Both the position numbers and the translations under genes were made by a program. From an uncultured Acidimicrobiia bacterium (lineage in GTDB: Bacteria; Actinomycetota; Acidimicrobiia; Spongiisociales; JAENVV01), in NCBI GenBank assembly GCA_963752075.1, contig CAVVWO010000002.1:259993-323992 (forward strand): 64,000 bases of DNA, in the 5' to 3' direction. Below are positions 9,592-18,252 of this stretch, piece by piece (positions within the stretch are counted from its first letter, which is position 1; every line of letters starts with the position of its first letter). The notes beneath the pieces are model-generated. The model made no database searches. It worked only from the letters and a program-made list of their open reading frames with translations, and was not told the DNA's origin.

Positions 9592-10260
9592 ATGACCGGC
9601 GCGGCAGACATCGGGGAACAGTTACCGGATCTCATGTGGCGCATCGACGCGCGCGGTTTCCACGAACGCCTCGCCGAGCAAACCCTCACCCCGGGCGGTC
9701 CGTCTCCCATCCTCCTGCGCGATCTGGCCGCACGCTCCGGTGATGTGGACACCCGGGCCGGGCGGGAGTTCCTGGCCGAGATCGAATTCGACGAATCGGC
9801 ACTGGCCACCGACGATCCGGGCGCCCTCTACCTGACCGCCATGGCACCTTTCGTCCTCGATGTAGAACCGGTCGTGGTCGATTGGCTCGTCGTCGAAGCG
9901 GCCATGGGCGTGGCCAACGCCTGGCTCGGCGAGGAAGTGCGCATGCTGCGCTACGGGGGTGTGCTTTCGCTGCTCTGCATCTCGCTGGGGTTCCCGGACT
10001 TCGCCGAAATGCTGCACGGACAACGGCTCAACGCCGGGTGGCTCTCGTCGGGCCAAGCCGCCAACTTCCGGCAACGGCTCGAAACCGAGACCGTGTTCAC
10101 CGGACCCAGCCGTGGCCAGCTCCGCTCCATGGAATGGCTGGAAGACAACGGCATCGACCTCTCGCCGGATTCGTTTTCGGTCCGGCTGATCGACGCCGCC
10201 GACCAGCTCCATCATCACCTCAGCAATGTCGAGGCAGGTGCTGGCCACGTCGTCTTCTGA
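9592..10260 (+). CDS. hypothetical protein
   Basis: 222-aa ORF with coding-like third-position GC and no motif I recognise. The opposite-strand ORF 9622..10326 looks like its shadow. Confidence 0.45.
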   Translation: MTGAADIGEQLPDLMWRIDARGFHERLAEQTLTPGGPSPILLRDLAARSGDVDTRAGREFLAEIEFDESALATDDPGALYLTAMAPFVLDVEPVVVDWLVVEAAMGVANAWLGEEVRMLRYGGVLSLLCISLGFPDFAEMLHGQRLNAGWLSSGQAANFRQRLETETVFTGPSRGQLRSMEWLEDNGIDLSPDSFSVRLIDAADQLHHHLSNVEAGAGHVVF

Positions 10261-10418
10261 CGTACCGCCGAACTCCGGCGATGAACGCTGTCGGCCCTTC
10301 GAGTTCTTGGCGTACCGCTCCGCCAAGCTGACCAGAGCGATGTGGCTTGATCGATATCCGTCTCCGTATCCGTTGACCCGCAGCGATCAGCGTCTGGAGG
10401 GTGGGTCGCGATGTCACG

Positions 10419-11432
10419 TCAGCGACCCGCGACGAACGCATCGACCCTGACCAGGTAGCCATCACGCAGATCGGGTTCGAGCCAACTCACCTCGAAGGCG
10501 TTGCGAACGAGTTGGGTGATCTCTTCGGTGGTGAGGTCGGCCTCCTGCTGGATCGCCTTCAGATTCTCGGCCAGATAGCCCGGGAAGTAGGCCGGATCGT
10601 CCGAATTGATCGTCACCTTCATTCCCTTGTCGAGCATCTTCTTGATGGCTCCAGCCTTGGTCCCATCAGTGACGTAGGAATTCGAGATCGGGCAGACGGT
10701 CAATCCCAGATTCCTGCGAATGATCTCCTCACACAACCCGTCATCTTCGATCGCGTTGACCCCGTGGTCGATCCGATCGACCCCGACGATGTCAAGGCAC
10801 TGCCAAATGTGGTCGATGGATCCTTCCTGGTCGACGTCGCAGTGCATGGTCAGTTTGTAGCCCTGGCGGGCGGCCTCGGCGAAGACGCCGGAGAACTTGA
10901 TGGGGGGATTGTCCTTCTCGTCGGAGTCGAGTCCGACGCCGACGATCCAATCCTTGTAGGCGCTCGCCTGGTCCAAAGCTTCGGCTGCGGATTCCGCCGG
11001 CAGGTCTCGCAGGAAACACATGATCAACTGTGATCGCACACCGAGGGTCTGATCTGCGTCAGTTTGCGCCCGATGCAAGCCCTCGATGACGGTGGCGAAA
11101 TCGACACCACGTGACGTATGCGCCTGCGGATCGAAGAACATTTCCACGTAGACCACGTTCTGGGCCGCAACCCGGCCGAAGTAGGCCATTGCGAGGTCAT
11201 AGAAGTCCTGTTCTGTCAACAGAACGCTCATACCCTCGTAATACTGAGCGAGGAACGAGGGCAGGTCATCGAAGTCATAGGCATTCCTCATGTCCTCGAC
11301 GCTTGCGTAGGGCAATTCGATCCCGTTCCGTTTCGCCAGTTCGAACTTGAGTTCGGGTTCGAGCGTCCCCTCGATGTGGAGGTGTAGTTCGGCTTTGGGT
11401 ATCGAACTGATGAAGCTCTCCATGCCGGTCAT
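10419..11432 (-). CDS. add: adenosine/adenine deaminase (Add family metallo-hydrolase)
   Basis: Contains KAELHLHIEGTLEPE, HCDVDQ and DRIDHG metal-ligand motifs. ATG 11432 (MTGMESF...) is preceded by AAGGAG, and the track start at 11621 adds 63 non-homologous residues. Confidence 0.8.
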   Translation of the reverse strand: MTGMESFISSIPKAELHLHIEGTLEPELKFELAKRNGIELPYASVEDMRNAYDFDDLPSFLAQYYEGMSVLLTEQDFYDLAMAYFGRVAAQNVVYVEMFFDPQAHTSRGVDFATVIEGLHRAQTDADQTLGVRSQLIMCFLRDLPAESAAEALDQASAYKDWIVGVGLDSDEKDNPPIKFSGVFAEAARQGYKLTMHCDVDQEGSIDHIWQCLDIVGVDRIDHGVNAIEDDGLCEEIIRRNLGLTVCPISNSYVTDGTKAGAIKKMLDKGMKVTINSDDPAYFPGYLAENLKAIQQEADLTTEEITQLVRNAFEVSWLEPDLRDGYLVRVDAFVAGR

Positions 11433-11653
11433 TCTCTTGCTCCTTTTGCTCGGGATCGACTCCGTCAGAGGTCCACAGGCCGCAACCAGGATCAATCGCG
11501 CCGGCGTATTGAATCTGAGTTGCCACCGATTCCGGATCAGGGAGCGAAGAACCCCGTTTCCAGCGGAACATCCGGGCCGGGCTCGATGACGAAGTCGCCG
11601 AACTCCGTGATCCGCTGCCACTGCGAAACACCGCCCGCTCGATAGCGGAGCCG

Positions 11654-12304
11654 TCAGCCTGTCAGCGAGGCAACCACGGCCACCACGTCAGCCGGTTCCG
11701 CCCGAACTCGATGGTTCAGATCGACAAAGGCGAATCGGATCACTCCGTCACTGTCGATGACGTAGGTGGCCGGGACCGGTAGCTCCCAGACCTCTGAGCC
11801 ATTCATGGCCCCGATGTCTCGGTCCATGTTCCGGTAGTACTCGACGATCCCAGGCTCCATTTCGTAGACGAGATTGAACTGCTTGGCAACGACATTGTCC
11901 TGGTCCGAAAGGACAGGAAAGGTCAGTTCGTGTTTCTCGATGAGCCCCAGCGACTCGTCGGGCTGGTTGGGCGAGATCGCCACCAGCGTTGCTCCGGCCG
12001 CCTTGGCGGCCTCCAACTCCCGTTGGAGAGCACGGAGTTCCAGATTGCAGAACGGGCACCACGAGCCCCGGTAGAACGAAACGATGACCGGCCCGGTCTC
12101 GAGCAGGTCGGCGAGCCTGACGACCTTCCCGAAGGCGTCAGGCAGCTCGAACATGGGTGCCTGGTCGCCTTCCCGAAGGGCGGTTTCGAGAATGTCGGTC
12201 GAGGCGAGGGATTCGGCGGCCTTGGTGTAGACGGCGGAACGTTCGGCGTCGAAGTTCGCCCGGCCTTTGGCGGTGAACGCCTCCGTCTCTTCTGCAAGCG
12301 TCAT
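11654..12304 (-). CDS. peroxiredoxin-like (AhpC/TSA, thioredoxin-fold) protein with WCPFC motif
   Basis: 216 aa with FYRGSWCPFCNLELRAL and FPVLSDQDN. This is the Cys-containing paralogue of the candidate Sec protein at 52017. Confidence 0.7.
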   Translation of the reverse strand: MTLAEETEAFTAKGRANFDAERSAVYTKAAESLASTDILETALREGDQAPMFELPDAFGKVVRLADLLETGPVIVSFYRGSWCPFCNLELRALQRELEAAKAAGATLVAISPNQPDESLGLIEKHELTFPVLSDQDNVVAKQFNLVYEMEPGIVEYYRNMDRDIGAMNGSEVWELPVPATYVIDSDGVIRFAFVDLNHRVRAEPADVVAVVASLTG

Positions 12305-12394
12305 ACTGCTCCTCCCCTTGGTCCCTGAGCGGCACTACCTCGACGTGCCCTCCATCAAGGTAACACCGCGACCCTGGTTGGGCGGCGTCCAACG

Positions 12395-13756
12395 CTAGGA
12401 GCTGAGGGCGCCATCGAGATCGTCGATGACATCTTCGGGGTGCTCGAGTCCGACGCTCAAGCGAATCATGTTCCCTGGGATGCCTGCCGCCTGGCGGGCG
12501 TCCGCACCTTGTTGCTGATGGGTGGAAATGGCTGGTATCACTGCCACCGTCTTCGACCGGCCCAGGTCGGTGGCACGCCAAATCATCCGGAAACGGTCGA
12601 ACACCTCTCGAGCTGCTTGCGGACCACCGGCGACTTCGAAACTGAGCATGGACCCGTAACGCGCTTCCTGGGTGTCGACAAGCTGCATGTGCCGCTTGGC
12701 CACCGCGTGAGAGGGTGTGGTCTCGAGCCCCGGATAGGTCACGGCGTCCACTGCCTGGTGGCGCTCGAGGAACCGAGCCACCTCCATAGCGCCGGCGGAC
12801 ATCGTGTCGACCCGCTGACGCAAGCTCCGCAGCTCGTTCAACACGAACATAGCGCTCATCGGACTCAGGCTTGGACCGAAATCACGCCCGGGCCACAGCT
12901 TCACCCATGTGGCAAAGTCCTGCGCCATGGCTTCTTCGCCGACACGGGTCCGAATGCCGTGACGGGCGACCACCGCTCCGGCAATGGCCATGCCACCGGC
13001 ACCCATGATCTTGCTCAAAGAATGGACAACGATGTCCGCTCCATGGCACAACGGCCGGGTGAGGGCCGGAGACGCGAGGGTGCTGTCGACGATGAGCGGG
13101 AGACCGTATTTCTCGGCGAGCCTGCTCAGCTCCTCGATGTCGCTGATTGCCAAACCCGGGTTGCTCGGGGTCTCTGTATAGAGGAAGCGGGTGTTCTCGT
13201 CGATGAGCGCCTCCCACTCACTCCCGTCGAGGTTGTTTCTCACCCATCGAACGTCGATGGAACGCTCCTTGCCGTATCGTTCGGCGAAGAGCTGGTAGGT
13301 GCCGCCGTATACCTTCACCGAGGATATGAAGTTGACCTCGGACCCGAATTCGGTGGACAGGAACGGATCGGTAGCCATGAAGACCGCCGACATGCCGGAA
13401 GACGTGGCCATGGCACTGACGTTGCCGTTGAAGCCGTAGCCCTCGAGCATCGCCAAGGTGGCCTCGAGATACCCGGTCGTTGGATTGGCGATTCTGCTGT
13501 AGCCCCACGCCGGCATCAGGTAGCCGAGCGCTGCTTCGAGGTGATCGCTGTTCTCGAAGTGCTCCGCAGAGCTGAGGTAGACCGGTTCGATGATGCTTCC
13601 CTGATTCGCCAGGGCGGCTTCTGCCCCGTAGAGCCCGTGGACGGCAATCGTGTCGAAGCGCTTGTTGCGCATGGCGGCCATGGCGGCTTCCCGCGTCGCG
13701 GTCGCGCGAGCGCCCCGGTCGACGTAGCTTTGGACCCCCTCCTGCATCGAAGTCAC
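12395..13756 (-). CDS. PLP-dependent Cys/Met-metabolism enzyme (O-acetylhomoserine/O-acetylserine sulfhydrylase-like)
   Basis: 453 aa with the YSRIANPT motif and a PLP-lysine region (VVHSLSKIMGAGG). Length and N-terminus are typical of the MetY family. Confidence 0.65.
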   Translation of the reverse strand: MTSMQEGVQSYVDRGARATATREAAMAAMRNKRFDTIAVHGLYGAEAALANQGSIIEPVYLSSAEHFENSDHLEAALGYLMPAWGYSRIANPTTGYLEATLAMLEGYGFNGNVSAMATSSGMSAVFMATDPFLSTEFGSEVNFISSVKVYGGTYQLFAERYGKERSIDVRWVRNNLDGSEWEALIDENTRFLYTETPSNPGLAISDIEELSRLAEKYGLPLIVDSTLASPALTRPLCHGADIVVHSLSKIMGAGGMAIAGAVVARHGIRTRVGEEAMAQDFATWVKLWPGRDFGPSLSPMSAMFVLNELRSLRQRVDTMSAGAMEVARFLERHQAVDAVTYPGLETTPSHAVAKRHMQLVDTQEARYGSMLSFEVAGGPQAAREVFDRFRMIWRATDLGRSKTVAVIPAISTHQQQGADARQAAGIPGNMIRLSVGLEHPEDVIDDLDGALSS

Positions 13757-13776
13757 GGCACTGCCTCCTCACCGAG

Positions 13777-14337
13777 TTGGCTATGTACGGCCCAACGAGG
13801 ACATCTTATGATATCGTTCGCACACGGAAGACAAATCTCGAAGGAGATTCGATTTCTTTGCGCTATTCCGACCTTGATGCGACCGATCGAAACCTTCTCC
13901 TTCTTCTCCAGGACGATGCGCGGCTCTCCAACAAGGAGCTCGCCGCCCAGCTGGGCGTCGCTCAATCCACGTGTTCGACTCGCTTGCGCAGGCTCGAGGC
14001 GATCGGCGCCATCGAGGGATACCACGCCGCGGTCAACCCCGAAGCGCTCGGGGTGGGCCTCCACGCCATCGTCCGAGTCACCTTGATCCGCCACACCAAC
14101 AAGGAGATCAACGACTTCTGGAAGCACATAAGCGCAGTACCCGAAGTCGTCAACACCTTCCACATGACCGGGGACACGGACTTCCTCGTGCAGGTTGCCG
14201 TGCGCGACAGCAATCACCTCCAGGAACTCACGACGAGCACGTTCACGACGTGGCCAGAAGTTGGACGCCTCCGCACGGCGGTGGCCTTCAGCTACCGACA
14301 GCGCCACGCCCTACCCGACGTATCCGAATCCCACTAG
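13777..14337 (+). CDS. Lrp/AsnC family transcriptional regulator
   Basis: Contains an HTH (LDATDRNLLLLLQDDARLSNKELAAQLGVAQSTCSTRLRRLE) and an RAM/AsnC_trans_reg domain. The true start is probably TTG 13858 (LRYSDLD...). It is divergent from the MetY-like gene. Confidence 0.75.
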   Translation: MAMYGPTRTSYDIVRTRKTNLEGDSISLRYSDLDATDRNLLLLLQDDARLSNKELAAQLGVAQSTCSTRLRRLEAIGAIEGYHAAVNPEALGVGLHAIVRVTLIRHTNKEINDFWKHISAVPEVVNTFHMTGDTDFLVQVAVRDSNHLQELTTSTFTTWPEVGRLRTAVAFSYRQRHALPDVSESH

Positions 14338-14370
14338 GACGTCGAGGGGGTACACACCCCCGATCGGTCG

Positions 14371-15681
14371 CTAGAGAACCGTGGCGGCCATCTCGGCGAG
14401 GGGGCTTCGCATGGAGCGTTCCAGGGTGACGTGGCCGAACAGCTGAGTTCCCTTGAACTTCTCGATGAGGGCCGCCATGCCCCCGTACGGGGAGATGTAG
14501 GGGTTGTCGACCTGTGACAGATCGCCACACAGCACCACCTTGGCATCGTGAGAGATACGGGTGAGGATCGTCTTCAAGGTGGACAGCTCGAGGTTCTGTG
14601 CCTCGTCGATGATGACCATCTCCGACGTGATCGACCGGCCACGAAGGTAGGTGACCGCAGCCATCTCGATCTCGCCGCGTTCGAGCAGGTCGTCAACGGC
14701 ATCGCGGGCATCGTCCGGTGAAGAATCCGAGAAAAGGGCAAAGAGATTGTCGTAAACCGCCGCCATCCACGGTGCCAGCTTCTCGTCGAGATCGCCCGGA
14801 AGGTATCCCAGCTCCTGGCGCCCCACCGCCACCAACGGCCGGTACACCGACACCTTGCGATATCGGCCCTGTTCGACCACCTGTTCGAGTGCAGCAGCCA
14901 AGGCGAGGAAGGTCTTGCCGGCGCCCGCCATTCCCATGAGTGACACGGCCGGGACATCCGGGTCGAGAAGCAGATCGAGGGCGAAGACCTGGCGCAGGTT
15001 CTTGGCTTCCATTCCGAAGGCATGACGACTTCCGGGAACGCGAGTGACGACGCAGTCGGGCGCCGATTGCACGACCCGTCCCAGACCGGACTGCGAACTC
15101 CCCGCCCGCAACACGACGAATTGATTCACCATCGCCTCGACTCCCCGGAGCGTGACCTTCCCGGTCGTGAAGAGCTGGTCGATGAGCCCACTCTCCACCG
15201 TCAGCTCGATGACTCCCGAATACAGTTCGTCGACTTGGACCTGATCCCCTCGATAGTCCTCGACGGCCAACCCGAGTTGGGCTCCCTTGATCCTCAGGGC
15301 CGTGTCCTTCGTGACCAGGGTCGCCTCCAGACCATCGTCGTGGAGGTTGAGACAGCTGGCCAGGATTCGGTGGTCGTTGGTCGAAGGATCGAGAACATCC
15401 GGCATGCGAGGCGACCGAATCCGATTCAGCTCGATTCGGAGACTCCCGCCTCCTGGCAGGTCCACCGCCTCACGGAGGCCCCCCTCGCGGGACGCACCCA
15501 GCTCCTCGAGCAGCCGCAACGCCGATCGAGCATTGGCACCCACCTCGTCGAAACGGGTCTTCTTCCGATCCAGTTCCTCCACCACGACGAGCGGCAGCAC
15601 GACGTGGTGCTCATCGAATCGAAGGAGGGAGTGGGGGTCGGCCAAGAGAACGCAGGTATCGAGTACGTAGGTTCGGGTCAT
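14371..15681 (-). CDS. PhoH2-type protein (N-terminal PIN domain fused to PhoH-like ATPase)
   Basis: 436 aa. The PIN signature is YVLDTCVLLADP...VVLPLVVVEELD, Walker A is GMAGAGKTFLALAAAL and Walker B is VIIDEAQN. Confidence 0.8.
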   Translation of the reverse strand: MTRTYVLDTCVLLADPHSLLRFDEHHVVLPLVVVEELDRKKTRFDEVGANARSALRLLEELGASREGGLREAVDLPGGGSLRIELNRIRSPRMPDVLDPSTNDHRILASCLNLHDDGLEATLVTKDTALRIKGAQLGLAVEDYRGDQVQVDELYSGVIELTVESGLIDQLFTTGKVTLRGVEAMVNQFVVLRAGSSQSGLGRVVQSAPDCVVTRVPGSRHAFGMEAKNLRQVFALDLLLDPDVPAVSLMGMAGAGKTFLALAAALEQVVEQGRYRKVSVYRPLVAVGRQELGYLPGDLDEKLAPWMAAVYDNLFALFSDSSPDDARDAVDDLLERGEIEMAAVTYLRGRSITSEMVIIDEAQNLELSTLKTILTRISHDAKVVLCGDLSQVDNPYISPYGGMAALIEKFKGTQLFGHVTLERSMRSPLAEMAATVL

Positions 15682-15752
15682 TGGTCGACAACTTCTCCTT
15701 GCCGGGAACGGTCATGTGCGTGGGTCCTCAATCAACACCGTCGAAAGGTGAA

Positions 15753-16832
15753 TTACAAGGATTTCGCTCCACGCGCTTCGGCGAGCCCGAGCTCGAATCT
15801 CTCGAGCACGGCGGGCCACGCATACTGCTCTTCGACGAAGGCACGACCCGACCATCCCATGGCCGAACGACGGTCGGGGTCACGGAGGAGGACTCCGGCG
15901 GCGGCCACGATGTCAGCCGTCGAATCGCCGACGAATCCTGTCTCGCCAACCCGGACAGTCTCGGGTGAACCACCCGAGGTGCCGGCCACGACCGGGAGTC
16001 CGCTGGCAGCGGCCTCCAAGTAGACGATACCCAAGCCTTCGAACTCGAGCCCGAACCAGCGAGTCCTCGCCGGCATGGCGAACATCGACATCTCCCGGTA
16101 GAGCCCGGGGAGACGTTCCCACGGCACCGCCACCTCGAACCGCACCGGAACCTCGAGGCGTTCGGCGAGGCGCCGTAGCCGGCCCTCCAGACGTCCCCGA
16201 CCCACCAGGAGGCCGGACACGTCGTGACCCCGCCGCCTGAGTTCGGCGACGGCCTCGATGACCCGATCATGGCCCTTGCGAGGCACGAATCGGCTCACAC
16301 ACCCGAGCACGAAACCTTCGAGTGGTTCTGCTGCCGGGGAGAAGGCGGCGAGATCAACGCCGACGCCCAAGAGTCGGACTGATCTCTCCGCGGCGGCTTC
16401 GACCTTGGCGCGACTGAACTCACTGACCGCAAACACCGTCCCCGCCGCGCGCAGAGGTTTCAACACCCACTGGCGAAGAACGGGAATCACCAGCGGTACC
16501 ACCACCTCCGCCCCGTGGGTGACGACCACAAACGGAACCCCCATGCTCCGCTCGATTGCCGGACCCAAATGGGCGAGCGGATGCGGTGCGCCGAACACCA
16601 CCACGTCGGCCCCGAAATCGGCGATGTGGTGCTCCACCCAGCGACGCACCCGCCGGGTGGGCCACATGAACCGGCTCGACCCGCGGATCACCCGGTCGTC
16701 GGTGCCGGCATCCTGGTCGGCCGGCGCCAGCACTCGGATCGGACCCTCATAGCGTTCGACGAGATTGCCGAGATACTGCTGGATGCCGCCCGGTTTGGGG
16801 GGATAGTCGTTGGTGACGAGGAGGACCCGCAT
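15753..16832 (-). CDS. GT4-family glycosyltransferase (PimB-like mannosyltransferase type)
   Basis: 359 aa with MRVLLVTNDYPPKPGGIQ at the N-terminus and a C-terminal EGLGIVYLEAAASGLPVVAG (E-x7-E region). Confidence 0.65.
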   Translation of the reverse strand: MRVLLVTNDYPPKPGGIQQYLGNLVERYEGPIRVLAPADQDAGTDDRVIRGSSRFMWPTRRVRRWVEHHIADFGADVVVFGAPHPLAHLGPAIERSMGVPFVVVTHGAEVVVPLVIPVLRQWVLKPLRAAGTVFAVSEFSRAKVEAAAERSVRLLGVGVDLAAFSPAAEPLEGFVLGCVSRFVPRKGHDRVIEAVAELRRRGHDVSGLLVGRGRLEGRLRRLAERLEVPVRFEVAVPWERLPGLYREMSMFAMPARTRWFGLEFEGLGIVYLEAAASGLPVVAGTSGGSPETVRVGETGFVGDSTADIVAAAGVLLRDPDRRSAMGWSGRAFVEEQYAWPAVLERFELGLAEARGAKSL

Positions 16833-16838
16833 GAGGCC

Positions 16839-18077
16839 TCAGGCTAGGGCAAGGCCTTCGAGGTGGGGCGCGATCCCGTACGAATGAAGACGAGCACCTC
16901 GGGAGCCGATCACCACGTGCGCCAGGCCGGTATTCGGGAGAATCCCGGTACCCCTGAACAGCCCGTAGCCATCGCCGAGGATGGAGACGACATAGGACCG
17001 GATTGCCGAACCGTGTGACACGACGGTCACCTGCCGGTCCGGATACTCGTTGAGGATCTCGTCGACAGCCGCCCGCATCCTGACCGTGAGGTCCGACGAT
17101 CGCTCGCCATCTCCTCCGCGTGGGAAATCCTCGTCGCTTCCCCGCATGATCTCGAACAGCTCCGACCACCCTGCTTTGATCTCCTCGGTGGTCAGGTTCT
17201 CCCAGGCACCCATGAACATCTCTTTCAGGCCGTCATGGGTCGGAGGTGCCCCTCCGTTCAGGGTCGAGCCCGTCTCGGCGGCGCGCAGCAACGGCGAAGC
17301 CACCACAGGATGACGCGAGCCGAACCAGTCGACGAGCAAGGAGGCCTGTCGACGGCCGGTTTCGTTGAGCGGCCAGTCGCTGTGCCCCTGCCAGATCTGT
17401 TGGACGTTGGCGTCGGTTTGCCCATGGCGCACCAGGGTGAGCAGCCGTTCGTCCTCCCCGAGACTCTCCTCGTCGACACCTGTGAGGGCTCCAAGGTGCC
17501 CGGCATCGTTGTAGACGGCCAGGTGCCATCGATCGAACCGGTATTCGAACGTCGTCAACGACGTGTTGGCGACCGCCGACATCTTCGGATTGGGGAACGG
17601 CAATCCCCAGTGGGCTGCGGCCAACGCCCAGATGACCCCACCGTGGGTGATCACGAGGACACGGTCGTCCTCTCCCAACGAGGCGGCTAGCTTCTCGAAG
17701 GCCTCCTGGACCCGCTCGGTGAACTCCCGGATCGACTCGCCGCCTCCCAGCTTCACCTCGTCACCGCGGCGCATGGCGGCCAGCACGTCCCCATCGACCT
17801 CGGCCACCTCGGCATGGGCTCGTCCCGCCCAGTCGCCCACATCGATTTCCCGCCAGGCCGGATCGGGCGTGGCATCGAGTCCGGCTGCGGACGCGGTCTC
17901 TTGGGTTCGCACCAGATCGGACACGATCACGCGATCGAACCGCCGAAGGGCGAGACGTTCCCCGACCACCTTCGCCTGGGCCCGTCCGGACGCGCTGAGA
18001 TGGCCGGCTTGGTGGCCTTGCCACCGGCCCTGGGCATTGTGGTCGGTCTCGCCATGGCGAAGGAAAGTGATCTGCAT
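16839..18077 (-). CDS. tandem double histidine-phosphatase (phosphoglycerate-mutase-like) protein
   Basis: 412 aa with two complete RHG-type domains: ITFLRHGETDHNAQGRWQGH...ITHGG and LLTLVRHGQTDANVQQIWQGH...VSHGS. Confidence 0.7.
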   Translation of the reverse strand: MQITFLRHGETDHNAQGRWQGHQAGHLSASGRAQAKVVGERLALRRFDRVIVSDLVRTQETASAAGLDATPDPAWREIDVGDWAGRAHAEVAEVDGDVLAAMRRGDEVKLGGGESIREFTERVQEAFEKLAASLGEDDRVLVITHGGVIWALAAAHWGLPFPNPKMSAVANTSLTTFEYRFDRWHLAVYNDAGHLGALTGVDEESLGEDERLLTLVRHGQTDANVQQIWQGHSDWPLNETGRRQASLLVDWFGSRHPVVASPLLRAAETGSTLNGGAPPTHDGLKEMFMGAWENLTTEEIKAGWSELFEIMRGSDEDFPRGGDGERSSDLTVRMRAAVDEILNEYPDRQVTVVSHGSAIRSYVVSILGDGYGLFRGTGILPNTGLAHVVIGSRGARLHSYGIAPHLEGLALA

Positions 18078-18201
18078 CGGTACCCGCCAAGGTAGCGCAC
18101 CCTCGAATACTGATCACAACCGACCTCGGGACCGGACCTCTCCCGGATGAGCTTCACGGAGGCCTCACGAACCACGAGCGAGAGATCGAACACCCGGCAG
18201 A

Positions 18202-18230
18202 AAGATGGCCGGCCCCACGGGCCGGCCATC
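18202..18230 (-). terminator. intrinsic-terminator-like hairpin after hppA
   Basis: Perfect 13-bp GC-rich stem AGATGGCCGGCCC / GGGCCGGCCATCT with a 3-nt loop, 23 nt after the hppA stop. On the minus strand it is followed by UUCUGCC. Confidence 0.55.
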
Positions 18231-18252
18231 TCGACTGCTGAGCTTCGTTCGG

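Noticed and set aside
11433-11653. Purine riboswitch in the 221-nt spacer upstream of the add gene
   Set aside because: The minus-strand sequence lacks the conserved purine-riboswitch junction and loop-loop motifs (UAUA...GGAU...CCGGGCACCGUAAAUGUCC). No three-way junction is evident.
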